A stretch of 64,000 nucleotides of DNA from an uncultured Armatimonadetes bacterium (GTDB lineage: Bacteria; Armatimonadota; UBA5829; DTJY01): assembly GCA_963717145.1 (NCBI GenBank), contig OY970325.1, positions 3,424,001 to 3,488,000 on the forward strand, written 5' to 3'. The notes under the pieces were generated by a model. It was not told the origin of the DNA. It saw only the letters and a list, made by a program, of their open reading frames with translations, and did no database searches. The position numbers and the translations under genes were made by a program. Below are positions 46,239 through 56,726 of the stretch, one piece after another; the first letter of the stretch is position 1, and every line of letters begins with the position of its first letter.

Positions 46239-48539
46239 ATGGAGATGCTCCCCGAACTCCTCTGGAAGATGAGCTGGCAGACGGCGATTGTCGCCGCCGC
46301 AGTATGGATCATCACGCGGTTCGCAAGGAACGCGCCCGCCTCCTGGAGGCATGCGCTCTGGCTTGTGGTATTGATCAAGTTCTTCATTCCGCCGTTCGCC
46401 TACCTGCCATCGCAACTTGCGATCGAGAAAACGCCCGCGCCAAGCACCTACGCCCGGGTTGTCACGGCGGACCCACCGGTGGTTCATTCGGAATCCAAGA
46501 CATCGCCGGATGCCGATGTCAGTTCACATCAGCCTACGGTGAGAAGCAGGGCAGCCGAACTAGCCACGATCGCCTACTGGAACATGGGGATTCTCACCGG
46601 CTGGGCATGGACCGCCGCTGTCTCGATATGCGCTATCGTGCTCCTGGTGAGATACCGGCGGCAGAAGCGGCTGGTTGCCTCTGCCCGTGTCGCTGACGAT
46701 GAGTACACTGGCCTGCTCCGGGAGTGCGCGGCCACTCTCGGAATACACAGGCTCCCCAGGATACTTCTTTCCGACCGGGTCGCCACGCCGATGCTGACCG
46801 GTCTGCGGCGTCCGACGATCCTGCTCCCCACCGAGATCACCGAGTCATGCACCAGTTCCGACCTGCGGGCGATACTGATGCACGAACTGGCACACGTGAG
46901 GCGTCGCGATATGTCGGTCATCTGGCTGCAGCAGATCGCGCAGATACTCTTCTTCTTCCATCCGGTGGTGTGGATTGTGGGCCATGAGTTGAAGCGGGAG
47001 CGGGAGATCGCATGCGATGAGATGGTGCTGTCGACGGCCGGAATTCCGCATAAGGACTACGCCTCAGGGTATGTCGCCGCGCTCCGACTGGCGAGTGACG
47101 CCCCGAGGAGCGCGGTCTCGCTCGCGATGGCCGAGCCGTTCGAGGTCGAGCGCCGTCGCGTTCAGCTCATGCTCAGAGCCGTCATGCCGAGGTTCACGGT
47201 GCGGTGGGCAATTGCGCTTGCAGTGATGGCGGCGATCGGCGTCCCGACGTTCATGGGATACAGCGCGAGTGAGGAGTCCCTGGCGGTGAAGACCAAGGTC
47301 ACCGGGGACGGCTTCATGCTCGAGTACAAGAATCCGCCGACCTGGAAGTGGAAGGACCTGACGTTCACTGTGAAGAGCATTGGCCGGAGCACGCGGCTTG
47401 AGAGGGTATCCGAGAGGGGGAAGGGAATGGCTGTCTACGCAGAACTGCGTCGCCCTTCTGACAGATGGAGCATTAGTAGAAACATGGAATTCGGCTTTGG
47501 TCGGGATAAGCCGCAGGATAGCTTCCAACATGCCAAGTATGTGGATGCCAGGACTGAGGTGTATCAGCCCAATACCGACCTCCCTGCAAAGGGCACAATG
47601 ACCTTCAACGTGTACGCCACTGTGACTGAGAGCCTACCGTTCGTAGAGCTCAACGAGGGGCCTCACGCCATTGCCGATGTGAAACGGCTATTGAGCCTTC
47701 GCGACAATCGGCTGTTTCTGACAACCGCCGACTGGCGAATGGGCAGACCATACACCGGCTACGTATGCGATTACACAAGTGCTCTGTTTCCGAACAGCAT
47801 CAGATCGGCCCGAAAGGATGCGCGGTATGTCTCGCTGAGGCTGTTCTACGCAGAGCCCCCGAAACCAGATCGCATTTATCCGTCTGAATACACGCTTTAT
47901 GATTCGACTGGACGGTCGGTCAAACTGGAAGAACTCTACCATGACATGAGCACGTTTACCTACGGCAGCGACTGGAATTGTGAGATTCTACCGTATCTCG
48001 GGATGCGGGTGGCCACGACCCCCGAGACCCGCGCGACAAAAGGCGGCGTGCTACGATATCTCAAAGTCATTGGCGTTGATCCTGATGGTCCTGCCTATAA
48101 AGCTGGAGTAAGTCCTGCTGACGTGCTGGTCGAACTCGAAGGCATTGAGTGGAGGGCAGATGGTGGGTCGTCGCACAGCTACAGCATGGAGACGAGGCGG
48201 CTTGTGGTCTTGAGGAACGGGAAGAAGCTGGTGCTGGGAATCACGCCCATCGATGATCCGCTGTGGACTGTCGAAACCAGCGATGCAAAACGCGCTCTTG
48301 CTGAGATCAACACGGTTGGCAGGAGATACAAGGACTCGCAGTATTCGGACAGCCTCCTGTATTCTAAGGAGCCGGTGCCCGCGGATTTCGTCCCTGCCAA
48401 GTTCGGATTCAAGATCAGTTTCGGAGGCAGGACGATCAAGGAGGTCGAGTTCCAGATCAAGGACATTCCGATCCCTGCCGAGTTCTGGGAGCGGATGGAC
48501 GAGCAGAAGCCGAATCTCCCGCCGTGGAAGCGCGACTGA
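46239..48539 (+). CDS. BlaR1-like M56 metallopeptidase with extracellular region including a PDZ-like domain
   Basis: TM helices, MHELAHVRRRD, FHP.VW, RE.ACD. V.PDGPAYKAGV...DV.VEL.G. Confidence 0.85.
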   Translation: MEMLPELLWKMSWQTAIVAAAVWIITRFARNAPASWRHALWLVVLIKFFIPPFAYLPSQLAIEKTPAPSTYARVVTADPPVVHSESKTSPDADVSSHQPTVRSRAAELATIAYWNMGILTGWAWTAAVSICAIVLLVRYRRQKRLVASARVADDEYTGLLRECAATLGIHRLPRILLSDRVATPMLTGLRRPTILLPTEITESCTSSDLRAILMHELAHVRRRDMSVIWLQQIAQILFFFHPVVWIVGHELKREREIACDEMVLSTAGIPHKDYASGYVAALRLASDAPRSAVSLAMAEPFEVERRRVQLMLRAVMPRFTVRWAIALAVMAAIGVPTFMGYSASEESLAVKTKVTGDGFMLEYKNPPTWKWKDLTFTVKSIGRSTRLERVSERGKGMAVYAELRRPSDRWSISRNMEFGFGRDKPQDSFQHAKYVDARTEVYQPNTDLPAKGTMTFNVYATVTESLPFVELNEGPHAIADVKRLLSLRDNRLFLTTADWRMGRPYTGYVCDYTSALFPNSIRSARKDARYVSLRLFYAEPPKPDRIYPSEYTLYDSTGRSVKLEELYHDMSTFTYGSDWNCEILPYLGMRVATTPETRATKGGVLRYLKVIGVDPDGPAYKAGVSPADVLVELEGIEWRADGGSSHSYSMETRRLVVLRNGKKLVLGITPIDDPLWTVETSDAKRALAEINTVGRRYKDSQYSDSLLYSKEPVPADFVPAKFGFKISFGGRTIKEVEFQIKDIPIPAEFWERMDEQKPNLPPWKRD

Positions 48540-48566
48540 GCGACGGAACGCCACGGCGGGCGTACC

Positions 48567-49319
48567 CTACTCCTCCTTCCGGATCTTCTGGAGGAAGTCG
48601 GCGCTCTTGATCTCGCGGTCGGTGTGGAAGCGGATGAACCAGCGCATCACGCGGCCGATCTGGTCCATTGTGCCGCGAGCGATCTCCATCTTCTCGACCT
48701 CGGGCGGCTCGGCGGTGAGGAGGAGGCGCATCGTCTCGACCGTTTCAGCCGTGACCGGGATCGAATCTTCCGGAAGCGGCGCGCACTCGCCACACGCCAG
48801 GCCGCCGAGCGACGGGCTGAATTGCGGCTCGTCCGTCTCGATCGGCTTCTCGCACCTAACGCACTTGTCCAGAACCGGCTCGTAGCCCAGTAGCTTCATG
48901 AAGTGAAGCTCGAACATGTGCGCGATCTTCGCGGGATCGTTCGGCCGCTCCATCAGGTACAGCGCCGAGAGCAGGGTATCGAAGAGGTCGATGTTCCGCT
49001 CGTGCTCCTCGGTCAGGCGGTCGACCAGTTCCATGAGGTACGTGCCGTGGGCGATTCTCTGCAGGTCGGAGCGGATCCTGGGGAACGACTCCTTGCCGTC
49101 AACCTGGGTGATGATGTCGAGGTTGCGGCCGGTCGCGAGTTGCATCCGGCTGTAGGTCATCATCTCGGTCGGGCCCGCGAGCCGGCTGATCGGCTTGCGT
49201 GATCCCTTGGCGATGGCGGATATCTTCCCGCGCTCGCGTGTCAGGAGCGTGACGATGCGGTCGGTCTCCCCGAAGTTGATCCGTCGTAGGACTATGGCAT
49301 GCGCCGTGTATAGAGGCAT
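48567..49319 (-). CDS. recO: DNA repair protein RecO
   Basis: AIVLR...GETDRIVTLLT...GKI.AIAKGSRK, CxxC..CxxC zinc finger. Confidence 0.93.
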   Translation of the reverse strand: MPLYTAHAIVLRRINFGETDRIVTLLTRERGKISAIAKGSRKPISRLAGPTEMMTYSRMQLATGRNLDIITQVDGKESFPRIRSDLQRIAHGTYLMELVDRLTEEHERNIDLFDTLLSALYLMERPNDPAKIAHMFELHFMKLLGYEPVLDKCVRCEKPIETDEPQFSPSLGGLACGECAPLPEDSIPVTAETVETMRLLLTAEPPEVEKMEIARGTMDQIGRVMRWFIRFHTDREIKSADFLQKIRKEE

Positions 49320-49332
49320 AGTAGTGCCCACC

Positions 49333-49466
49333 GTAGGGGAGGCCTTCAACGGCCTCCCGCCGGGCGGGCGTAGAAACAGCCCCTACGGGTTTCGGGAGGC
49401 CGTTGAAGGCCTCCCCTACGGACATTATAGACGCAAATCGGGCAGGGAGTCCAACTCCCTGCCCAA
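49333..49466. repeat. GTAG REP doublet with internal REP, plus a GTTG hairpin
   Basis: 49333-49358 and inverted 49394-49419. gggcagggagtccaactccctgccc at about 49440-49464. Confidence 0.9.
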
Positions 49467-49546
49467 CTATATCGCCAACTGCCTGCCCAACGGCAGCTCA
49501 CGGTGTTCCGGGTCTTTGTACTCTGTACTTCGGACTTTGTACTTCC

Positions 49547-50263
49547 CTACTGAACGGTTCTGAGCAGTTCCTCGGGGTTGTACATCTCGACGAGCGCGAT
49601 GCCGGTGCTCGTGCCGATTCGGTTCGCGCCGGCATCGAGCAGGTCCATCGCGTGCTCGACGGTGCGGATGCCTCCCGCGGCCTTCACGCCAACTGTCGGG
49701 CCGAGGATTGTTCGAATCAGGTGGATGTCCTCGAGCAGCGCGCCGCCGTTTCCGGCGGTGCCGGTCGATGTCTTGATGAAATCAGCCCCGCAGTCCCGCA
49801 CTATCTCGCAGGCCGTGATCTTCTCGTCTCTCGTCAGGACTGGCGTCTCGATGATAACCTTGATGAGAGTGCGCCGGGAGTCCTCGGTCAGGCCCGAGAG
49901 TTGGGCAGCGCTTACGATGTCGGAGAGTTCGCGCTGGACGTATTCGATGTCGCCCGACTTCAGGGCCGAGACGTTCATCACGACATCCAGTTCCTCGGCG
50001 CCGTTGGTGACCGCGTTCCTGGCTTCATAAACTTTGGTTGAGCGGGTGACAGTCCCGTAGGGGAATCCGATGGGCGTGCAAACCTTCACATCCGTGCCCT
50101 GGAGCATCCTGACGGCGAGAGGCACCCAATACGGGAAGACGACGGCGGCGGCGAAATGATGCCGTTTCGCTTCCTCGATGAATCGGACCATCTCCTCCTT
50201 GGTCGCCGACGACTTGAGGTACGTGTTGTCGATGAGCTTGGAGAATTGTTCTCTTGTATACAA
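49547..50263 (-). CDS. deoC: Deoxyribose-phosphate aldolase
   Basis: IGFPYG, ELDVVMN, KVIIET, ADFIKTSTG, VKAAGGIR, RIGTS. Confidence 0.95.
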   Translation of the reverse strand: MYTREQFSKLIDNTYLKSSATKEEMVRFIEEAKRHHFAAAVVFPYWVPLAVRMLQGTDVKVCTPIGFPYGTVTRSTKVYEARNAVTNGAEELDVVMNVSALKSGDIEYVQRELSDIVSAAQLSGLTEDSRRTLIKVIIETPVLTRDEKITACEIVRDCGADFIKTSTGTAGNGGALLEDIHLIRTILGPTVGVKAAGGIRTVEHAMDLLDAGANRIGTSTGIALVEMYNPEELLRTVQ

Positions 50264-50338
50264 ACTACTGCCTCCCGCTGCTTCCTCGTACTCCTAATCG
50301 TAATCGTAATCGTACTCGGAGAGACCGATCGCGTACGA

Positions 50339-51160
50339 TTAGGAGTACGAGTATGAACTACGCTTCCCGCGCGCGCCGCCCTTCAGCGCGGATACGAACC
50401 GGTTAACCTCGCCGAGCAGATCGTCGGTCCCTGCTTTGTCCGCGATCAGGTTGACCAGGGCGCTCCCGACGACCGCCGCGTCCGCATAGGAGCAGACCTC
50501 GGCGACATGCTCCGGGCTCGATATCCCGAAACCGACGGCTACAGGGAGAGGACTTCGAGCCCTGATCCGCTCAACCAGGCCCTCTATGCCTTCCGCAAGG
50601 CTGCTCTGTGCCCCGGTGACTCCGGTTCTCGATACACAGTATACAAAACCGGAGGCAAGCTCTACAACCTTTTCGATCCGCGAATCCGTGCTGGTCGGCG
50701 CTAAAAGAAAGATTGTATCCATCTTATGCGCTTCCGCCGCAGACTTCCAAGCGCCTGATTCCTCAGGTGTCAGGTCCGTGACGATCACCGCATCAGCGCC
50801 CGCATCCGATGCATCCCGTGCGAAGCGCTCCAATCCATATTGTCGGATGGGATTGTAGTATGTCATTAGAGTAATCGGCACATCGGAATCTTTTCTGATA
50901 GCGCGGACGAGTTCCAGAACGGACGAAACATTGACTCCGCGCTCGAGCGCCCGCATCGATGCGGCCTGGATGCTCGGTCCGTCGGCGATCGGATCGCTGA
51001 ACGGGATCCCCAGCTCGACGACGTCTGCGCCGGCTCGATCGAGTTCCAGCACAATGCGTCGAGTGGTGTCGATGTCGGGGTCGCCAACGGTCACGAAGCA
51101 GACGAGTCCACCTTCACCCTTGGCTTTCAGCCCGGCAAAACGCTTGCTGACCCTGCTCAT
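50339..51160 (-). CDS. trpA: Tryptophan synthase alpha
   Basis: [34 protein letters not shown]. Confidence 0.96.
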   Translation of the reverse strand: MSRVSKRFAGLKAKGEGGLVCFVTVGDPDIDTTRRIVLELDRAGADVVELGIPFSDPIADGPSIQAASMRALERGVNVSSVLELVRAIRKDSDVPITLMTYYNPIRQYGLERFARDASDAGADAVIVTDLTPEESGAWKSAAEAHKMDTIFLLAPTSTDSRIEKVVELASGFVYCVSRTGVTGAQSSLAEGIEGLVERIRARSPLPVAVGFGISSPEHVAEVCSYADAAVVGSALVNLIADKAGTDDLLGEVNRFVSALKGGARGKRSSYSYS

Positions 51161-52368
51161 TTCGCCACCTCCTTACACATGATACCGGAGGCGGTTTCGA
51201 CATCCTTATCGCCTCGACCCGAGAGGTTGATGATGACGATCCGGTCTTTCGCGAGCGTCGGCACGAGCTTCCTCGCATATGCCACCGCGTGCGCCGATTC
51301 GAGCGCCGGGATGATCCCCTCCGTGCGCGCGAGCCACTCGAACGCGTCGAGCGCCTCCGCATCGGTGATCGAGACGTACTCCGCACGGCCGGCATCCTTC
51401 AGGTAACTGTGCTCCGGGCCGACGCCCGGGTAATCGAGCCCCGCGGAGACAGAGTGCGTCTCGATGATCTGGCCGTCCGAGTCCTGGATCAGGTAGCTCG
51501 ATGCGCCGTGCAGGACTCCCGGCGACCCGGCGCTGAGGGTCGATGCGTGACGCCCGGTCTCGACTCCCTCACCGCCCGCCTCGACTCCGACGAGCTTGAC
51601 GCTCTCATCGCCAATGAAGTCGTAGAAGAGGCCCATCGAGTTGCTCCCGCCGCCAACACATGCGAGCAGATAATCAGGCAGGCGGCCTTCCTTCTCCAGT
51701 ATCTGTCGCCTGGCCTCCCTGCCGATGACCGACTGGAAATCGCGGACCATCACCGGGAATGGATGCGGGCCGGCGACCGTTCCGAAGATGTAGTGGGTAT
51801 GCTCGACGTTGGTCACCCAGTCGCGCATCGCCTCGTTTATCGCGTCTTTCAAGGTGCGCGAACCGGACTCTACCGATACTACTGTTGCCCCTAACAACCT
51901 CATCCTAAACACATTGAGCGCTTGCCGCCTGATGTCTTCCTCGCCCATGTAGATCATGCACTCGTAATTGAAAAGCGCGCATCCGGTCGCGGTGGCGACT
52001 CCATGTTGGCCCGCGCCCGTTTCGGCGATCATGCGAGGCTTCCCCATGCGCCTGGCGAGGAGTATCTGGCCCATGACGTTGTTCATCTTGTGCGAGCCGG
52101 TGTGGCAGAGGTCCTCGCGCTTGATGTAGACCTTCGCGCCGCCGAGTTCGCGGGTGATCCGCTCGGCGAAGTATAGCGGGGTCGGCCGGCCGATGTAGTC
52201 CTTGAGGTAGTAGTCAAGCTCCTCCTGGAAGGCGGGATCGTTCTTCGCCCGCTCGTATTCCTCGGCGAGCTGGTCGAGCGCGGGGATCAGCGTCTCAGGC
52301 ACATATCGCCCGCCGAACTCCCCGAAGTGGCCCAACTGATCGGGCAGGTCAGATGCTGCTTTTGGCAT
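51157..52368 (-). CDS. trpB: Tryptophan synthase beta
   Basis: [40 protein letters not shown]. Confidence 0.96.
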   Translation of the reverse strand: MPKAASDLPDQLGHFGEFGGRYVPETLIPALDQLAEEYERAKNDPAFQEELDYYLKDYIGRPTPLYFAERITRELGGAKVYIKREDLCHTGSHKMNNVMGQILLARRMGKPRMIAETGAGQHGVATATGCALFNYECMIYMGEEDIRRQALNVFRMRLLGATVVSVESGSRTLKDAINEAMRDWVTNVEHTHYIFGTVAGPHPFPVMVRDFQSVIGREARRQILEKEGRLPDYLLACVGGGSNSMGLFYDFIGDESVKLVGVEAGGEGVETGRHASTLSAGSPGVLHGASSYLIQDSDGQIIETHSVSAGLDYPGVGPEHSYLKDAGRAEYVSITDAEALDAFEWLARTEGIIPALESAHAVAYARKLVPTLAKDRIVIINLSGRGDKDVETASGIMCKEVAK

Positions 52369-52993
52369 TATCGATAAACTCCTTGATCTTTGAGTGGTCT
52401 TTCTTCCCGGGCGACGCCTCGACGCCGGTGGAGACATCGACGGCGTAGGGACGGACCTTCCGCACGGCTTCGGCGACGTTCTCGGAAGTGAGTCCTCCCG
52501 CGAGGATGATTGGCTTCCCAAGCGATTGGGCCTTCACGGCGAGGTCCCAGTCGAACGTCCGGCCCGTTCCACCCATCAGCCCTTCGACGTGGGTATCGAG
52601 CAGGAATGCGGCGCACATGCGGCTTGGCCGGTCCTTCGCTGCCTGACTTATATCCTCCCCGCACTTCACCCTGAGCGCCCGGATGATCCTGTACCAACCG
52701 AAGCCGCCATTGGGCGATGCGAGGTCCGTCATCGGGCCGGTAATGCCATGCAACTGGGCGAAGTGCACGCCGGTTTGCTTCCATGTCTTGAAAACGTCAT
52801 CCACATCCTGGTTCGCGAAGACTCCGACGGTCGTGATGAACGGCGGAATTCGCTCGAGTATGCCCCCAACGGTCGCGACATCCACCTTCCTCGGGCTCTC
52901 GGCGAAGACGAACCCGAGCGCATCGGCCCCGGCCTCGATGGCGGCCATGGCATCGTCGATATTCGTAATCCCGCAAATCTTGACTCGAATCAT
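52349..52993 (-). CDS. trpF: Phosphoribosylanthranilate isomerase
   Basis: [27 protein letters not shown]. Confidence 0.95.
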   Translation of the reverse strand: MIRVKICGITNIDDAMAAIEAGADALGFVFAESPRKVDVATVGGILERIPPFITTVGVFANQDVDDVFKTWKQTGVHFAQLHGITGPMTDLASPNGGFGWYRIIRALRVKCGEDISQAAKDRPSRMCAAFLLDTHVEGLMGGTGRTFDWDLAVKAQSLGKPIILAGGLTSENVAEAVRKVRPYAVDVSTGVEASPGKKDHSKIKEFIDNAKSSI

Positions 52994-53011
52994 CCGCTTA
53001 TAAGACCCGCT

Positions 53012-53131
53012 AGCCCTGAGTGCGCCGGTGAATGACGGCGTGTATCGAAGGGCGGTCGCCCCTAGCCATACGTCGGTTCTCCGCAGGCCGCCCTTCGATA
53101 CACGCCGTCATTCACCGGCGCACTCAGGGCT
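53012..53131. repeat. CCTGAG..TCGAAGG palindromic element overlapping the trpC 3' end
   Basis: Arms as in 16283-16414. The trpC stop at 53108 lies inside the arm. Confidence 0.93.
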
Positions 53132-53944
53132 GACGGGGTTTGCCGCCTCTCCCAGTAACTCCTTGACCTTGGTTCCGGGATCCGGCTCGCGCATGAGCGA
53201 CTCGCCGACGAGGATCGCATCGACCCCGGCGGCCATCAGGCGCTCGACGTCCGCGCGAGTGTTGATTCCACTCTCGCTCACCAGGACCTTGTCCGGCGGG
53301 ACCTTCGCGGCCAGTTCCAGTGTCGTCTCGATCGTCGTCTCGAACGTCTGAAGGTTCCGGTTGTTGATCCCGATGATGTCCGCGCCGACCGATAGCGCGG
53401 TACCCAGTTCCGACTCAGTGTGCACCTCGACGAGCGCATCCATCCCGAGGTTGCGCGTGAGGTCGAGGAGCGTGTGGAGATCGCCGAGCGATAGTGCGGC
53501 CACTATGAGCAGAATGGCATCGGCGCCGGCAGCGCGGCTCTCGTAGACCTGGATGCGGTCGATGATGAAATCCTTGCGCAGAAGGGGCAGCCCGACCGCC
53601 TCTCGGATCTGCGTCAGATACCCCAGCTTGCCTTGGAAGTACTTCTCGTCGGTCAGCACCGAGATCGCCGACGCGCCCGATTCCTCGTACCTGCGGGCGA
53701 TCGTCACGGGGTCGAAGTCCGGGCGGATCAGGCCCTTCGACGGTGACGCCTTCTTCACCTCGGCGATCAGGCGGATTTCGGATTTCGGATTTCGGATTTC
53801 GGATTTGCCACCGGCGACCGCTGCCTTGAATCCCCGCGGCGTGTCGGCCTCGAGGGCGAGGGCCATGAGGTACTCCGGCGGAGAAGCGAGGTGCAGCGCC
53901 TCGACTTCGGCGCGCTTGTCTGCAAGGATCTTATCGAGGATCAA
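53108..53944 (-). CDS. trpC: Indole-3-glycerol-phosphate synthase
   Basis: TTG start overlapping the trpD stop. IAEVKKASPSKG, LRKDF, GINNRNL, SESGI. Confidence 0.95.
   Translation of the reverse strand: MILDKILADKRAEVEALHLASPPEYLMALALEADTPRGFKAAVAGGKSEIRNPKSEIRLIAEVKKASPSKGLIRPDFDPVTIARRYEESGASAISVLTDEKYFQGKLGYLTQIREAVGLPLLRKDFIIDRIQVYESRAAGADAILLIVAALSLGDLHTLLDLTRNLGMDALVEVHTESELGTALSVGADIIGINNRNLQTFETTIETTLELAAKVPPDKVLVSESGINTRADVERLMAAGVDAILVGESLMREPDPGTKVKELLGEAANPVSPECAGE
53772..53806. repeat. (CGGATTT)5 perfect heptamer repeat inside trpC
   Basis: Five exact copies encoding KSEIRNPKSEIR. Confidence 0.95.
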
Positions 53945-54969
53945 CTCTGTGACAGCTCCTTGCTCAGTTTCCTCAGCCGATCCAGCGCCTCGGCGGCCTT
54001 CCCGCTCTCGATTGACTCGCGGGCGAGTTCGATGCCCTCCCTGATGGATGCGACCTTGCCTGCGACCTTGAGCGCGGCGCCGGCGTTCAGGCACACGATG
54101 TCTCTGCGCGGGCCGGGCTCGTTGCGGAGGACCGACTCCGCGATCCGGGCGCTCTCGGCGGGATCCGCGCCCTGCGCCAACTGCTCGCGACCCGCGGTCG
54201 GGAGTCCGAACTCGTCGGGGGTTATCTCATAGGTCTCCAGCTTGCCGTCGGACAACTCCGTGATCTTCGTGCGGCCGAGGGTCGAAAGCTCGTCGATGCC
54301 GTCATGCCCGTGAGCCACGATCGCCGACTCGCTGCCGAGTTCCCTCAGCACGCCGGCCATCAGTTCGGTCAGATGCTCCTGGAAGACGCCGATGATCTGC
54401 CTGCGAGCGCCGGCCGGATTGGTGAGCGGGCCGAGGATGTTAAATACCGTCCGGATGCCGATCTCCTTGCGCGGCCCGATCGCATGCTTCATCGAGGGAT
54501 GGCATGCAGGGGCGAAGAGGAATCCGATGCCCGCCTCGTCGATGCATCGTCCGACCTGCTCCGGCCCGAGCGTGATATCGACACCCAGGGCTTCGAGCAC
54601 ATCGGCGCTCCCGCACTTGCTCGACATCGCGCGGTTTCCGTGCTTGGCGACCGGGACGCCCGCTCCGACGACGACGAACGCTGCGGTGGTCGAGATGTTG
54701 AACGTGCCGAGGCCGTCGCCGCCGGTTCCGCAGGTGTCGATCAGCTCGGACTGGCGGCTAGTCGGGATGCGGACGGACTTCTCGCGCATGGTGCGGGCGA
54801 ACCCGCTCACCTCACCGACCGTCTCGCCCTTCATGCGGAGCGCGGTGATCAGGCCGGCGATCTGGGCGGGAGTCGCCTCGCCGTCCATGATCTCGGTCAT
54901 GACCCCCGCGGCCTCATCTTCGCTGAGATGCTCGCCGGACACTATCTTGTTGATGGCTTCTCGGATCAT
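53941..54969 (-). CDS. trpD: Anthranilate phosphoribosyltransferase
   Basis: DTCGTGGDG..TFNIST, KHGNR, GSADVLE, GPLTNP. Confidence 0.96.
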   Translation of the reverse strand: MIREAINKIVSGEHLSEDEAAGVMTEIMDGEATPAQIAGLITALRMKGETVGEVSGFARTMREKSVRIPTSRQSELIDTCGTGGDGLGTFNISTTAAFVVVGAGVPVAKHGNRAMSSKCGSADVLEALGVDITLGPEQVGRCIDEAGIGFLFAPACHPSMKHAIGPRKEIGIRTVFNILGPLTNPAGARRQIIGVFQEHLTELMAGVLRELGSESAIVAHGHDGIDELSTLGRTKITELSDGKLETYEITPDEFGLPTAGREQLAQGADPAESARIAESVLRNEPGPRRDIVCLNAGAALKVAGKVASIREGIELARESIESGKAAEALDRLRKLSKELSQS

Positions 54970-54988
54970 TCTCAATACCCTCTACGAC

Positions 54989-56018
54989 CTAGTTGGCGGC
55001 CTGCTCCCCAATGGTGATTCCACGGGTCTTGTTATCCCTGTTGACCTTCATACCAAGTCTTTCGGCGACCGTGGCTATCGGGGCATGGAAGCTCGACCAC
55101 TCGATGCGAGGCGCGGCCGGCAGAGCGATCTTCTCTCCGTTCAGAGTGGCGTTCGTCGAACCGAGCCTTCATTCGCAGCGAGTGGCCACGGTATGAGACT
55201 AGGCATTCCTTCCTGGCACTATCCCAGGCGACTTTGCAGCCTTCGATATCCTCAAGACGGAGAACGTGCGCCACCGCGATGCCCTTCTCGCCGAAAAGCC
55301 GAGGATCGCTGATACCGACATAGATGCCGTCATCTCCAACCCAGAGTTTCCATGGCTCCATGTGAACGTGGATATTGTCGCTCGGTTCGAAATCCCTGGC
55401 GCTCCAGACGATCGTGCTGCCCTTCTGTACATAGCCCTTGTCGTGAGACGGCATGATCTTGTAGAAGGAGTCAACACCGGAGGCGTCGACGGTTACGACA
55501 GCCTTCCCGATCTTGCCTTTCCAGCTCTTACCTGTCCGCAGAACATATGAGAAGAATGATGCTCCCATGCTGTCTCCACCCAGGGATGAGATGCATTCAT
55601 CGACTACCGTGCGTGTCTGGTTGGCGCCGAATCGTACGTCTTTCACATGCCATGCCTCATACTCCATTGACTGACCTTTGGCGGAGGGAATCAGCTTCGT
55701 ACCGACCGGCTTGCCGTCCACCCAGGACTTGAAGCTCTTGAACTCGGTGGTCACTATGGGCCGTGCGGAATCACCCCACGACCACTCAGGGAAGCCCATC
55801 TTGACGGTTGTCGCCGGCCCTTCATTCTTGAACACAAACTCACACCGCACCTTGACATCGTCCCGGCCAATGCGAGCATCGACCTTCTCCCTAACCATCC
55901 GTATCGACGGATGGCTATCCATGGGAGCGACCGCGCCTCCGACGCCGCGGACCGCAGCATCATTGGCGCAGGCAACAACAGACAGACTCACCAGTAACAC
56001 CGTCAAAGCGCACTTCAT
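54989..56018 (-). CDS. Secreted DUF4424-like protein with copper-amine-oxidase N-terminal-like tail (frameshift near 55166)
   Basis: Signal peptide, I.M..E.V, F.F.N, GFP, Y.L.TG.SW.G.IG. Corrected tail GSTNATLNG..I.L..AP.I..AE.LG.KV. Confidence 0.55.
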
Positions 56019-56050
56019 GAACTGCCTCCTGTTTGAGCTATGGGACGGAC

Positions 56051-56624
56051 TCAGTACTTCATCCCCAGGAAGTTCCGGAGCAGGCGCTTGCCGTCCTGCG
56101 TGAGGATCGACTCGGGGTGGAACTGGACGCCCTCGACGATGAACTCCTTGTGCCGCACGCCCATGATCTCGCCGATGTCGGTCTCGGCGGTGATCTCCAG
56201 GCAGTCCGGGATGCGTCGTCGCGCTCGATCACCAGCGAGTGGTACCGGGTCGCCTCGAACGGGTTCGGCAGGCCCTCGAAGACGCCCTTGCCGTCGTGAT
56301 GGATCATCGAGGTCTTGCCGTGCATCAGCCGGCCTGCGCGGACGACCTCGCCGCCGAACGCGTATCCGATGCTCTGATGGCCCAGGCAGACGCCGAGGAT
56401 CGGCATCTTGCCCGCGAAGCGCTGGTGATCGTCTCGACCGAGATGCCGGCCTCCTTCGGCGTGCACGGGCCGGGCGAGATCACGATGCGGTCGGGCTTCA
56501 GCTCCTCGATCTCGTCGATCGTGATCTTGTCGTTGCGGTACACCTGAAGCTCCTCGCCCATCTCGCCCAGGTACTGGACCAGGTTGTAGGTGAAGCTGTC
56601 GTAGTTGTCGATCATCAAAATCAT
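56051..56624 (-). CDS. trpG: Anthranilate synthase component II (frameshifted)
   Basis: [39 protein letters not shown] across frames. Confidence 0.9.
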
Positions 56625-56726
56625 CGTGTACCTCATTTTGGAACACAGATGGCACAGATTGCAGAGGATGACATGGATAAAGGCATTATCCGTATTATCT
56701 GTGTTCTGATCCGTGGAATCTGTGTT

